A DNA stretch of 64,000 nucleotides from Terriglobia bacterium. Lineage in GTDB: Bacteria > Acidobacteriota > Terriglobia > JAJPHL01 > JAPKYU01. Numbering within the stretch: the first letter of the stretch is position 1; the number at the start of each line of letters is the position of its first letter. Both the position numbers and the translations under genes were made by a program. Below the pieces are notes generated by a model. That model was not told the DNA's origin and did no database searches. It worked only from the letters and a program-made list of their open reading frames with translations. The stretch is taken from the NCBI GenBank assembly GCA_965223005.1, contig CBDCVK010000010.1, positions 928,001 to 992,000 of the forward strand, in the 5' to 3' direction. Shown in pieces: positions 33,574 to 43,681 of this stretch.

Positions 33574-34623
33574 TCAGGGTTGGACGAGAACCGTCCGGGA
33601 ACGGGCACTCTCGTTTCCCTTCCGGTCCACTGCACTCACCGCGTAGGAGTAGGTGGTGCCTGACCGGGTGGTGGCGTCCTGGAAGGTCGGTGAAACGAGC
33701 AGGTCCTTGTTGAGCTGACGGGGTGGTCCACCATTTTCGCTGCGAAACAGGTTGTAGCCGGCCAGGTCAGGCTCCAGATTGGGCTTCCAGGACAATTGCA
33801 CCACCGGCGGGGTTGTCGGCTCCAGCAAGGTCGTCAGGTCCGCCGGCACTTGCGGCGGAAACACGTCTTCCGGACGAATGAAAGCGATCGGAGAATCGAG
33901 ACTCTCGGCGCGGAACGTACCCTGGATCGTAACCGCTCGGACCAGATAGCGGTAGTCGCGGCCATAGTCGAACGGCGCATCGGCGTGGGCGGGCTGCGCG
34001 GGTTGGGCGGCCGGCTCCCATGGGCCTTCGCCCTTGGCGCGATACAGGTGATAAGCCGCGGCGCCAGGCACCGGTGGCCACTCCAGCAGGATTTCCCGCT
34101 CGGTGACCCGCAGGCGAATCTTGGCCGGGGCCGGAAGGGCCGCCAGCAAGGGAACAGCGGCAATATTGGAGAAGCCGGCGCTGTCGCTGCGCCGGTTCAG
34201 CAGTCGCACGGCGTAGGCGGCGGTGCTGCCCACCCGGCCGTCCGGCACTGGCTCGTTGTACTGCTCCTGGAGAGCGGGGAGCGACGCGACACGCGAGGCC
34301 GCCGCTTGGAACTCCTGCGGACTAACCTCGGCGCGCAAGCCCGGCAGCACCGCCCGGTATACTTCCACCTGGCCGAGCTTCTTCGGGCGCACGGTCGCGC
34401 CTTCGGTGGTGCGGGCGGGCGTCCTCCAGGCCAGCCACACGCGGTCCCCTCGCTGCATGCCGCGAATCTCGGCCGGCTGGGGAATGTCCAGCAGTGGCGG
34501 GAGCGGTGCGCCCCGCACTCCGCAGCCGGCCAGAGCACCTGCGCAGCCGCAAAGCAGGCAGAGCCGGGCGGCCCACGCGTTTCGGTCTCCCCGTGTGGTT
34601 TTCAGCACCGCGGTGAGAGGCAA
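33574..34623 (-). CDS. Lipoprotein with fibronectin type III domains
   Basis: Lipobox LAGC followed by GVRGAPLPP; LSWKPNLEPDLAGYNLFR..YSYAVSAVDRKGNES. Confidence 0.85.
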   Translation of the reverse strand: MPLTAVLKTTRGDRNAWAARLCLLCGCAGALAGCGVRGAPLPPLLDIPQPAEIRGMQRGDRVWLAWRTPARTTEGATVRPKKLGQVEVYRAVLPGLRAEVSPQEFQAAASRVASLPALQEQYNEPVPDGRVGSTAAYAVRLLNRRSDSAGFSNIAAVPLLAALPAPAKIRLRVTEREILLEWPPVPGAAAYHLYRAKGEGPWEPAAQPAQPAHADAPFDYGRDYRYLVRAVTIQGTFRAESLDSPIAFIRPEDVFPPQVPADLTTLLEPTTPPVVQLSWKPNLEPDLAGYNLFRSENGGPPRQLNKDLLVSPTFQDATTRSGTTYSYAVSAVDRKGNESARSRTVLVQP

Positions 34624-34626
34624 GGT

Positions 34627-35997
34627 CTAGAGGATGTACCGCGAGAGATCCTGGTCCTTGACAATGTCGGCCAGTTGCTTCTGCACGTAGGCAGCGTCGA
34701 TCTTGACGCTCTTCTTCTTCAGGTTGGGCCCCTCGAAGCTGATCTCATCCAGGATCCGCTCCATGATGGTGTGCAGCCGCCGGGCCCCGATATTCTCGGT
34801 CTGCTCGTTGACCTGAGCCGCGCTGCGGGCGATCTCCTCCAGCGCATCCTCGGCGAAGTGCAGCCGGATGCCCTCGGTTTCCAGCAGTGCTGCGTACTGT
34901 TTGATCAAGGCGCTTTTCGGCTCCTTCAAGATTCGGACGAAGTCCCCCAGTGTCAACGAATGCAATTCCACGCGAATGGGAAAGCGCCCCTGCAGTTCCG
35001 GGATCAGGTCCGAAGGCTTGGAGACGTGGAATGCGCCGGCGGCCATGAACAGGATGTAGTCAGTGCGCACCATGCCGTAGCGGGTGTTCACCGTGGTTCC
35101 TTCGACGATGGGCAAAATGTCGCGCTGCACCCCTTCGCGGCTGACGTCGGGGCCGTGCCCGCTCTCGCGCCCGGCGATCTTGTCCACCTCGTCCAGGAAA
35201 ATGATCCCGGACTGCTCGACGCGCTCCACTGCGGTGCGCGTCACCTGGTCCATATCAATGAGCCGCTGTTCCTCTTCCTGAATCAGGTGGTCCACGGCCT
35301 CGCCCACCCGCACCTTACGCTTCTTGGTCTTCTGGCCGAACATGCCCGGCAGCATGTCCCGGATGTTGACGCCCATCTCCTCCACGCCGGTGTTGGTGAC
35401 GATCTCGAAGGAAGGAAAGTTGCGCTCGCGGACTTCGATCTCCACGATTCGGTCGTCTAGCTTGCCGTCGCGCAGTTGCTGGCGGAACTTTTCCCGGGTG
35501 CGCTGGTAGCTCTCGCCGGAGTCGCCGTCGGTCGGCGGGGGAGGCGGCACCAGCAGGTCCAGCAGGCGCTCCTCGGCGGCCGCCTCGGACTTGTCGGCCA
35601 CCTCCTCCAATTTCTCCTGCCGCACCATCTCAATGGCGATCTCCACCAAGTCGCGGATCATAGACTCCACGTCGCGGCCGACATAGCCCACCTCGGTAAA
35701 CTTGCTGGCTTCCACCTTCAGGAACGGGGAGTTCGACAGGCGCGCCAGGCGGCGCGCGATTTCAGTTTTGCCCACCCCTGTGGGACCGATCATCAAGATG
35801 TTCTTGGGCAAGATTTCTTCGGCCAGTTCGGGCGCGAGTTTCTGTCGGCGGATGCGGTTACGCAGAGCGATGGCCACCGCGCGTTTGGCCGCCGTCTGCC
35901 CGACCACGTGTTTGTCCAGCTCGGAGACGATCTCGCGAGGCGTCAGCTCGTCCAGCGCCGGCGTCTCGTCCACGGCTCCAGGCAGATAGATTGCCAT
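34627..35997 (-). CDS. hslU: ATP-dependent protease ATPase subunit HslU
   Basis: [44 protein letters not shown]. Confidence 0.98.
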   Translation of the reverse strand: MAIYLPGAVDETPALDELTPREIVSELDKHVVGQTAAKRAVAIALRNRIRRQKLAPELAEEILPKNILMIGPTGVGKTEIARRLARLSNSPFLKVEASKFTEVGYVGRDVESMIRDLVEIAIEMVRQEKLEEVADKSEAAAEERLLDLLVPPPPPTDGDSGESYQRTREKFRQQLRDGKLDDRIVEIEVRERNFPSFEIVTNTGVEEMGVNIRDMLPGMFGQKTKKRKVRVGEAVDHLIQEEEQRLIDMDQVTRTAVERVEQSGIIFLDEVDKIAGRESGHGPDVSREGVQRDILPIVEGTTVNTRYGMVRTDYILFMAAGAFHVSKPSDLIPELQGRFPIRVELHSLTLGDFVRILKEPKSALIKQYAALLETEGIRLHFAEDALEEIARSAAQVNEQTENIGARRLHTIMERILDEISFEGPNLKKKSVKIDAAYVQKQLADIVKDQDLSRYIL

Positions 35998-36533
35998 TAC
36001 AACTCCTCGATGGTGATGTTGCTATTGGTATAGATACAGGTCTTGCCGGCGATGTCCAGCGCTTCTTCAGCGATCCGGCGCGCCGGCAAGTCGCTATGCT
36101 TGGCCAGGGCACGCGCCGCGGCCAGGGCCACTGACCCGCCGGATCCGATAGCGGCGATGCCCTCGTCGGGCTCAATGACGTCGCCCTGCCCGCTGAGCAG
36201 GAACATGTTCTTAGCGTCGGCGACGATCAGCAGCGCCTCCAGGTGCCGCAGCACGCGGTCGGTGCGCCACTCCTTGGCCAGTTCCACTGCGGCGCGCGGC
36301 AGGTTGCCCTGGTGCTGCTCCAGCTTGGTCTCAAAGCGCGCAAACAATGAAAAGGCGTCGGCGGTGGAGCCGGCAAAGCCGGCCAGCACCTTGTCGTTGA
36401 ACAACCGCCGAATTTTCCGTGCGGTGTGCTTGATGACGGTGTCGCCCAGAGTGACCTGGCCGTCGCCAGCCATTACCACACCGCCGTCCCGGTGGACACA
36501 CAGCACCGTCGTGGAATGCATGCGGTTGTGCAC
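35997..36533 (-). CDS. hslV: ATP-dependent protease peptidase subunit HslV
   Basis: [32 protein letters not shown]; TAATG overlap with hslU; alternative ATG at 36521. Confidence 0.97.
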   Translation of the reverse strand: MHNRMHSTTVLCVHRDGGVVMAGDGQVTLGDTVIKHTARKIRRLFNDKVLAGFAGSTADAFSLFARFETKLEQHQGNLPRAAVELAKEWRTDRVLRHLEALLIVADAKNMFLLSGQGDVIEPDEGIAAIGSGGSVALAAARALAKHSDLPARRIAEEALDIAGKTCIYTNSNITIEEL

Positions 36534-36742
36534 GATCGCGCCTCGTATTCCGCCTCTGGTAAGGTTGGTATTATATCAGCCCCGGCTGGAGTGGGTCACC
36601 ATCGACCCGGTCAGGCCGGCCCTAAGAACATGAGGATCGCGGAGATGGTCGAGGTGCACGTAGCTGAATTCACTGGTAGTCTGCACTCTCGCAGCAGACT
36701 CAACGGGAGATTCGAAGGTCCTGAACTCTCCGGAGGTGGTCT

Positions 36743-37213
36743 ATGGATACTCTAGCGATTTTTGGTCTGCAGTTCTTCTTGGGCCTTGTCGTGTGGGGCG
36801 TGATTGCAAAGTGGTCGTTGGGTCCCTGGCTAGAGAAAAAGTCTTCACACGAGGCTCTCTATTGGCTGACCCTGCCGCATGCATTTCGCTATATGGGAAT
36901 GGTATTCCTTGTTCCCGGAGTCGTTGCGCGACCGCTGCCAGGCGCTTTCGCTAATCCTGCCGCCTACGGAGACTTGGTGACGGGTGTGCTGGCGTTGCTG
37001 GCGCTCATCGCTCTGCGAACTGGCTGGGCCAGGGCGTTGGCGCTGGTCTGGCTGTTTAACATTGTCGGCACGGTCGACCTTCTAAATGCACTGCGCCAAG
37101 CGAATGTGGTACCGGACTTGGGAGCGGCCTGGTACATTCCGACATTCTTCGTTCCACTACTCCTGGTGACGCACTTCATGATATTTGCCCGCCTGCTCAA
37201 GCGCGGGACTTGA
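36743..37213 (+). CDS. Small multi-pass membrane hypothetical protein
   Basis: GGAGG RBS; several TM segments; PHAFRY, YGDL, IPTFFVPLL..H. Confidence 0.8.
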   Translation: MDTLAIFGLQFFLGLVVWGVIAKWSLGPWLEKKSSHEALYWLTLPHAFRYMGMVFLVPGVVARPLPGAFANPAAYGDLVTGVLALLALIALRTGWARALALVWLFNIVGTVDLLNALRQANVVPDLGAAWYIPTFFVPLLLVTHFMIFARLLKRGT

Positions 37214-37320
37214 ATCACGGGTACCCGTCATCCAAGCCGCTGCCCAAAGGCGTGCTCTCGCGTTGACCCAGCGGCTGCCGACAGCCTTGCTTGCTGGGAC
37301 CAGGGAATCTTCGTTGCTGG

Positions 37321-39483
37321 TCAGATAAACAGGGGGGCGGCGACCAGGGTAATGGTGGCGAGCAACTTGATCAGCACGTGGATGGAAGGGCCGGCGGTGT
37401 CCTTAAAGGGGTCGCCCACCGTGTCGCCGACTACGGCGGCCATATGCGCTTCCGAGCGCTTGCCGCCGTACTCGCCGGTCTCGATGAACTTCTTGGCGTT
37501 ATCCCAGGCGCCGCCGCCGTTGTTCATCAGCGTGGCCAGTAGGATGCCAGTAATGGTGGCCACCATCAACAGCGCGGCCACCGACTCGGCGCCAATCAGA
37601 TCGTCTGGGCCCCGGCTGCCGACACCGAGGTGCCTGAACGCCAAGCCCACGGCTACCGGCATGCCCACCGCCAGCAGTCCGGGTACCACCATGGCCTTCA
37701 GCGCGCCCACAGTGACAATGTCCACGCACCGCCCATAGTCCGGCCGGGCGGTACCGGCCATGATGCCCGGATTTTCGCGGAACTGGCGGCGCACTTCCTC
37801 GATAACGTAGTAGGCCGCTTTGCCCACCGCCTTGATGGCGAAGGCACTGAATAGGAACACTAGCATGGCGCCCAGCAGCGCTCCACAAAACACCGGCACC
37901 TTGCCGATGTCCACTGTGTGGAAGGGGCGCCCGGTCAGCAGGCTGACTTCATCCAGGTAGGCCGAGAACAGTAGGAAGGCGGCCAGGGCGGCACTGCCGA
38001 TCGCGTAGCCCTTAGTGAGGGCCTTGGTGGTGTTGCCCACCGAGTCCAGCCGGTCGGTCTTCGCCCGCACCTCCTCAGACTGCCCGGACATTTCGATGAT
38101 CCCGCCGGCGTTGTCGGTGATGGGCCCAAAGGTATCCATGGCCAGGATGTAGGCGGCGGTGGACAGCATACCCATCGTGGCCACCGCCGTGCCATAGAGT
38201 CCTCCGCCAGGCACAGCGCGCGTTCCCATCCAGTAGGAGAGCAGCAGGGCGGCGCAGATCGCCAACACTGGCAGCGCCGTGCACTCCAGCGCCACCGCAA
38301 AGCCAGTGATGATGTTGGTGGCCGGGCCGGTGCGGGAGGCGAGCGCGATGGATTGCACCGGACGGTAGCGGTACTCGGTGTAGTACTGCGTGATGTAGAC
38401 GAACACGAAGCTGGTCAGGATGCCTACCACTCCGGCTGCGAAGAACCACAGGTTGTTCTCCAGCAGTTGGTGCACGGCGATGTAGAAGCCAACAATGGCC
38501 AGGATCGTCGTCACGTAGTAGCCGCGGTTGAGGGCCTGCATGGGGTCAGCGTCCTCCCGCGTGCGCACCACCAGGATTCCGGCAATGGAGGCCAGCAGAC
38601 CGAAGGCGCGAGCGACCAGCGGGAACAGGATAGCTTTCAGGCCAAATTGGGGGTACAGAGCGACGCCGAGGATCATGGCGCCCACGTTTTCCGCGGCGGT
38701 GGACTCAAACAAGTCCGCACCGCGACCGGCGCAGTCGCCCACGTTATCTCCCACCAGGTCGGCAATCACCGCCGGGTTCCGCGGGTCGTCCTCGGGGATG
38801 CCCGCCTCCACCTTGCCCACCAGGTCGGCGCCCACATCGGCGCCCTTGGTGAAGATGCCGCCGCCCAACTGGGCGAACAGGGCCACGAAGCTGGCGCCAA
38901 AGCCGAAGCCGACAATCTGCAAGGGAACGGCCTTCGGCTCCTCCAGTCCGCCAAAGAAGTAGAACAGACCGCCCACCCCCAGCAGGGACATGGCGACCAC
39001 CGACAGGCCGGTCACCGCCCCCCCGCGCAGGGCGATTTGCAGGGCTCGGTTGAGGCTCGTGCGCGCCGCGCTGGCGGCGCGGATGTTGGCCCGGATGGAG
39101 ACGAACATGCCGCTGAAGCCGGCAATGGCGGAACACAGGGCGCCCACAATGAAGGCCACCGTGGTTCGCCAGGCGATGGTGAGGTCTCCTTTACCTTGCC
39201 AATACCCGAGGAAAATGATGACGGCCAACACTACGGTCAAGCCGCCAATGGTGGTGTATTGCCGCCGCAGGAACGCTTCCGCGCCTTCCTTAATGGCGTT
39301 GGAAATATCCCGCATCTGGGCGGTGCCGGTGTCCTGCCGCAGCACGTAGACCGTTAACAGGACGGCCACGCCCAGCGACAGTGCACTGAGCACGACCACA
39401 CGCAGCAGCCAACCCTGGCCATCGGTGCCGGCAGCGCCTTGCCAGAACAAAGCAAGGCCAGCCAGGTTGCAAGCAGCCAACAT
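37321..39483 (-). CDS. hppA: Membrane-bound ion-translocating pyrophosphatase, K+-independent signature
   Basis: DVGADLVGKVEAGIPEDDPRNP, DNVGD, GNTTKA (Lys variant), GGAWDNAKK, GDTVGDPFKD. Confidence 0.96.
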   Translation of the reverse strand: MLAACNLAGLALFWQGAAGTDGQGWLLRVVVLSALSLGVAVLLTVYVLRQDTGTAQMRDISNAIKEGAEAFLRRQYTTIGGLTVVLAVIIFLGYWQGKGDLTIAWRTTVAFIVGALCSAIAGFSGMFVSIRANIRAASAARTSLNRALQIALRGGAVTGLSVVAMSLLGVGGLFYFFGGLEEPKAVPLQIVGFGFGASFVALFAQLGGGIFTKGADVGADLVGKVEAGIPEDDPRNPAVIADLVGDNVGDCAGRGADLFESTAAENVGAMILGVALYPQFGLKAILFPLVARAFGLLASIAGILVVRTREDADPMQALNRGYYVTTILAIVGFYIAVHQLLENNLWFFAAGVVGILTSFVFVYITQYYTEYRYRPVQSIALASRTGPATNIITGFAVALECTALPVLAICAALLLSYWMGTRAVPGGGLYGTAVATMGMLSTAAYILAMDTFGPITDNAGGIIEMSGQSEEVRAKTDRLDSVGNTTKALTKGYAIGSAALAAFLLFSAYLDEVSLLTGRPFHTVDIGKVPVFCGALLGAMLVFLFSAFAIKAVGKAAYYVIEEVRRQFRENPGIMAGTARPDYGRCVDIVTVGALKAMVVPGLLAVGMPVAVGLAFRHLGVGSRGPDDLIGAESVAALLMVATITGILLATLMNNGGGAWDNAKKFIETGEYGGKRSEAHMAAVVGDTVGDPFKDTAGPSIHVLIKLLATITLVAAPLFI

Positions 39484-39623
39484 TCAATTTCCTCCGAGTA
39501 CAACAACGGCATGAGTCGCAACCGCTCCGGCTGCAGGCTTCGAGCGCGATCACTCCGCGCTGGCCGTCGTCACCCACGCGGTGGACCTACAGGAGGCGCG
39601 GTTTCCGTGGGGGCGAATCAGGA

Positions 39624-39653
39624 TTTATAGCATGCGATTCGAAGACTGGTCAA
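39624..39653 (-). promoter_or_regulatory. Putative sigma70 promoter of hppA
   Basis: Minus strand TTGACC-N18-TATAAA with extended -10 TGn. Confidence 0.5.
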
Positions 39654-39861
39654 GAATTGCACCGCGGACCGTTTTCCTGTGTGGGCAACAAGTGAAGCCG
39701 GACCTGCTCGAGGCAGGTTTCTCCACTGGGCAGAAGTCGGAGTCGGAGCCAAGGAGAGCAACGAGATACTCCAGGAGCGAGCCAGTCGGGATTTCAACTG
39801 TCGTCGGCTTTCCAGTATTCAAACGGGTCGTAGCGCACGATGCTGGTGAGACATGATCCCC

Positions 39862-39954
39862 TCACTCAACAGGCAAAATGGTGGAATTGCTGGCCACCCC
39901 GCCGGCTGTCACCTGCGACTCAGCATCACCACGAAGGCCGGCCCGCACCCGCAG
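39862..39954 (-). pseudogene. Orphan 3' end of a TIGR03437-like domain gene
   Basis: RVRAGLRGDAESQVTAGGVASNSTILPVE* resembles the ends of the paralogues here (GIPSNTVILAVE*, GLSSNSVTLAVE*). Confidence 0.5.
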
Positions 39955-40058
39955 CGTTTCCGTCCGAGCTCCCAGGTAACTGAAGCGGCCCTTCTGTTTC
40001 AATCCCGAGAGAAAGCCGCACAGCCACAGAGAGACAGAGACCCACTGCAATGGAGGGC

Positions 40059-41138
40059 CTAGCCCGTAAGCAGAGAGCGATAGACGTTTAGAGTGGACTG
40101 GGCGGTACGTTGCCAGGTGAACTGGCTGGCGCGAGCGCGGCCGAGCTCGCACCATTGCGCCCGCCAGGGCTCATCTTCCACCATTCGCCGCGCCGCCTCC
40201 GTCATCGCTTCAACGTCGGTGGGATCCACCAGCACCGCCGCGTCGCCCGTGATTTCCGGAAGCGAAGAGGTGTTGGAGGCGATCACGGGCAGACCACGCG
40301 CCATGGCTTCCAGAACGGGCAGTCCAAAGCCTTCTTCCAGCGAGGGGAACAGCAGCGCTGTGGCTTCCGCGTACAGTGCATCAAGCGTTGGCTCGTCGGT
40401 GTAGCCCAGCAGACGGATGCGGTCCCTCAGGCCGCGGTCGTGGATGAAATTCAGCACCTTCTGAGCGCCGTGGCCGGCGCTGCCGACGACAACCAGGCGC
40501 GCCGATGTGCTAGGCAAAAGGCGGTTGATGGACTCGACCGCCGCCAGCGTGTTCTTCCGCACCTGAATAGCGCCCACCGAGAGGAAAAACGGTCCCTCAC
40601 CAGCCAGTCGGCGCGCCCGCTGCCGGGCATCAACGGAAGGCGGCCGGAGTGCCTGCTCAACCCCATGGTGCACAACCGCGCAGGATTCTTTCCGCAGCCC
40701 CAGTAGCCGGCAGAGCTTGTCGCGAGTATAGGCAGAAACGCAAATGACGCGGTCGGCGCGCGTGACTGCATCCCTGATTGAGGCCGAGAACCGCGCCCGA
40801 AACGCCGGAGTGGAGTAGTCTTCTGCCGAAAGCGCGAACACATCGTGGACCGTCACGACTTGGTGCTGGAACTGGTAACGAGGCAGGCGCTGATTCAGCC
40901 CGTGAAACAGGTCCACCTGCCCAGGCAGGCGCCAGTTCAGCGGTTCCTGGAGCCAGCAGGAGCGGAACGGCAGCCCGTCAAAGTGGCGGCCCAGGCGCAA
41001 GACGCGCGGCCAGCGCGCGCATAGGGTGAGCCGGAGTTCGGGGACTCCGGAGAGTTCCCGGATGAGCCGGTCGGAATAGCGAGCCACTCCCGATGGATGG
41101 GGGTCCAGCGCATAGGTGGCATCCAACGCCAGGCGCAC
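40059..41138 (-). CDS. Glycosyltransferase family 4
   Basis: VVTVHD, VICVS, RKN, FPSLEEGFGLPVLEAMARG. Confidence 0.94.
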   Translation of the reverse strand: MRLALDATYALDPHPSGVARYSDRLIRELSGVPELRLTLCARWPRVLRLGRHFDGLPFRSCWLQEPLNWRLPGQVDLFHGLNQRLPRYQFQHQVVTVHDVFALSAEDYSTPAFRARFSASIRDAVTRADRVICVSAYTRDKLCRLLGLRKESCAVVHHGVEQALRPPSVDARQRARRLAGEGPFFLSVGAIQVRKNTLAAVESINRLLPSTSARLVVVGSAGHGAQKVLNFIHDRGLRDRIRLLGYTDEPTLDALYAEATALLFPSLEEGFGLPVLEAMARGLPVIASNTSSLPEITGDAAVLVDPTDVEAMTEAARRMVEDEPWRAQWCELGRARASQFTWQRTAQSTLNVYRSLLTG

Positions 41139-41224
41139 GCCTCATCTTACATCGCGATCTTCCATCGCGGTGCTGCGGGCCTTGTAGCATCCGGAATCAT
41201 GCCGGGCGCGTCAGCCAAGGCACG

Positions 41225-41848
41225 CTAGGTCGGCTGCCACAGGCGGGAGGGCTTCTCCGGGATGGTCTCCAATTCCTGTAGCAGCGCCCGAATTTCCTCG
41301 GTGAGCCGTACGATATTGGTGAAGCGGCGTGCCAGCGACGGGGGGAGTTCAGGTGACTTCAAGGCCATTTCCGCGCTGCCCAAGATGCCGGTCAGCGGGT
41401 TGTTGAGTTCGTGTCGGATGGAAAGGGCCAGGGCGCGCAACTGGTCCTGGGACTCCAGGTGCAGCGCCTGCGATTGCGTCTTCCACAAACGCGCGGACAA
41501 CAGGGCCTGTTCCAACACCGGTTCCAAAAACACCGACAAGGTCGGACCGGTGGGCACATATCCGGCGGCCCCCAGCGACAGGGCCCGGGCGGCCTGGAGC
41601 TCGGCTCCCGGTTCCACCAGCACAACGACCGCAGCTTCGGGATGGGCGCGCAACACCTCTTCCAGGGTTTCCAAACCGTAGCCATCCGATGGCCGCAGGG
41701 CCAGAATCAAGGCTGCATAGCGCCCCGAGCGCAGCCGCCAGAGCACTTCCTCGGCTCGGTGGGCCTGCTGCACATGCCAGCGTTCCCTGAGGGCATCCTC
41801 AATCGTCATGCCCTGGCGAAAATCGCTCATCGCCAGCACGGGGCGCAT
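41225..41848 (-). CDS. Atypical receiver domain + HisKA (DHp) protein lacking the HATPase domain
   Basis: Receiver-like fold with ALILAL at the phospho-Asp position; SIRHELNNPL H-box; ORF ends after the DHp helices; ATG at 41848 has a GGGGGAG RBS. Confidence 0.75.
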   Translation of the reverse strand: MRPVLAMSDFRQGMTIEDALRERWHVQQAHRAEEVLWRLRSGRYAALILALRPSDGYGLETLEEVLRAHPEAAVVVLVEPGAELQAARALSLGAAGYVPTGPTLSVFLEPVLEQALLSARLWKTQSQALHLESQDQLRALALSIRHELNNPLTGILGSAEMALKSPELPPSLARRFTNIVRLTEEIRALLQELETIPEKPSRLWQPT

Positions 41849-42088
41849 GGCTCCCCCTTCCAAACGCTTCATAGCGGCCCTTTCCAACATTGTTCGCCGA
41901 GGAAGCTGCCGCAAGAACCTTGGCGTACCTTTTCATGCAGGCACATCGACACAACCGCTCCAGATGGCCCCGAGCTTTGCTCGGATTAGCTGTCAGGAGA
42001 GCAGGCGAAGGGCCAAACTAGGTGTTAGGAGCAGAAGGAGTTAGGAGGCCAGTGACTCCCAAACCGGAAACGGAATCCCGTTTCGGAA

Positions 42089-43489
42089 TCAACGCACCCC
42101 GTACTCCTTTAGCTTCCGGTACAAGGTGGTTTTGCCGATGCCGAGCATCCGTGCGGCCAACAGCTTGTCCCCCCTCGCCTCGGTAACGGCCCGCAGGATG
42201 GTCTGCCGTTCCAGTTCGCTCAACTGAAGCACCGGCTCGCCGCCCGCAGGCACCGGCGGCGCGGCCCGCCGCGGATTCTGCAAGTTGGTGGGCAGGTCGG
42301 CGACGTGCAACACAGGGCCGGAGCCCAGGGCCACGGCCCGTTCGATGCAGTTCTCAAGCTCCCGGACGTTGCCGGGCCAGTCGTAGGCCAGCAAGCAGTT
42401 CAATGCCTCTTCCGACAGCGCCGGGCGGCGCCGTTGGCTGCCAGAAAATCTGTCCAAAAACTGATGCGCCAGCAGCGGGATGTCCGACTTGCGCTCGTGC
42501 AGCGGCGGTAGCCGCAGCATGACCACATTCAGACGAAAGTACAGGTCCTTACGAAAGACGCCCTCTTGAATAGCCGATTCCAGATCGCGGTTGCTGGCGG
42601 CGATGATGCGGGCATCGAACTTCACTGCGCGCGTGCTGCCCACTGGCTTGACTTCTCGTTCCTGCAGGGCCCGCAGAAGCCTGGACTGCAGGTCCACCGG
42701 CATTTCGGCGATCTCGTCCAGAAAGACAGTGCCTCCCTGGGCTGCTTCCAGCAATCCCTGCTTGGTGCGCAAGGCTCCGGTGAAGGCTCCGCGCACGTAG
42801 CCGAACAGCTCACTTTCGATCAGCGTGGGCACGAGGGCGCTGCAATCCACCGGCAAGAAGGGCTTTTCGCGCAGCGGCCCGCTCTGATGAATGGCTCTCG
42901 CCACCAGCTCCTTGCCTGTGCCACTCTCGCCCACAATCAGCACTGGATAGTGGCTCTGGCTGACCTTGACGATCATCTTGAACAGCTTCTGCATCGAGGG
43001 AGCCGTGCCCAACAACTCGCCGTAGCCGTTGCGGAAGCGCACCTGTTCCCGCAGCAGCCGGTTCTCACTGATCAGGTCCGCCTTGTGCACAATCCGCTCC
43101 AGCAACAGCTTGACTTCCTCAATATTGAAGGGCTTGGTGAGATAGTCGCAGGCGCCCAGCTTCATGGCCTGTACGGCGGAGGGAACACTGCCGTAGGCGG
43201 TCATGATTAGCACCTCAGTTTGCTGTGAGCGGCTCTTGACCTTCTCCAGCAGCTCCATCCCGTTCATGCCGGGCATCTTCAGGTCGGCCATGAGCACGTC
43301 CACGTGCTCACGCTCCAGCACTTCCAGTGCTTTCTCGCCGTTGGTTGCCACCGAAACGCGGTAGCCTAGAGCATCGGCAATTTCGCTGCATAGTTCGCGA
43401 ACCACTTCCTGGTCATCTACGATCAGGACGTGAACCGGAAGCTCCGAACTCTCCTTGGGTACGTCCACAACGGCAACTGAGGTACTCAC
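42089..43489 (-). CDS. Sigma54-dependent NtrC/AtoC-family response regulator
   Basis: Receiver (VDD, ADLKMPGM), GESGTGKE, ESELFG..GAFTGA, WPGNVREL, Fis-type HTH. Confidence 0.96.
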   Translation of the reverse strand: MSTSVAVVDVPKESSELPVHVLIVDDQEVVRELCSEIADALGYRVSVATNGEKALEVLEREHVDVLMADLKMPGMNGMELLEKVKSRSQQTEVLIMTAYGSVPSAVQAMKLGACDYLTKPFNIEEVKLLLERIVHKADLISENRLLREQVRFRNGYGELLGTAPSMQKLFKMIVKVSQSHYPVLIVGESGTGKELVARAIHQSGPLREKPFLPVDCSALVPTLIESELFGYVRGAFTGALRTKQGLLEAAQGGTVFLDEIAEMPVDLQSRLLRALQEREVKPVGSTRAVKFDARIIAASNRDLESAIQEGVFRKDLYFRLNVVMLRLPPLHERKSDIPLLAHQFLDRFSGSQRRRPALSEEALNCLLAYDWPGNVRELENCIERAVALGSGPVLHVADLPTNLQNPRRAAPPVPAGGEPVLQLSELERQTILRAVTEARGDKLLAARMLGIGKTTLYRKLKEYGVR

Positions 43490-43526
43490 GCCTCCCCCTA
43501 GCTATATAAACATTTTCCCCAGGCAA

Positions 43527-43543
43527 AGCAAGCCGCTTGCCGC
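43527..43543 (-). promoter_or_regulatory. Sigma54 -24/-12 promoter of the NtrC-type regulator
   Basis: Minus strand gcGGCAAG-cggc-TTGCt with GG-N10-GC spacing, about 40 bp before the start codon. Confidence 0.7.
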
Positions 43544-43681
43544 TTTTGGATTGGCTGAAAAAAAAGCAGTTAGCTACTATAGCCAGCGGGACAGGGGCCG
43601 GCAGTATCCCATTTCGGGAAAGAAAGTCCCAATTTGACCTTCCATCCCACGCCTAGCCGTTGGTGCAGGCTGGGGAGGTGC

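Noticed and set aside
36640-37310. Integron-like cassette around the membrane gene 36743-37213
   Set aside because: Flanks only loosely resemble attC; no paired RYYYAAC/GTTRRRY boxes and no integrase
39484-39620. Na+ or c-di-AMP riboswitch in the hppA leader
   Set aside because: Only generic GC-rich hairpins; no consensus could be recognised by eye, and an Rfam scan would settle it
41905-41930. Sigma54 promoter for the receiver-DHp gene
   Set aside because: The best candidate, GC-CAAGGTTCTT-GC, lacks the invariant -24 GG
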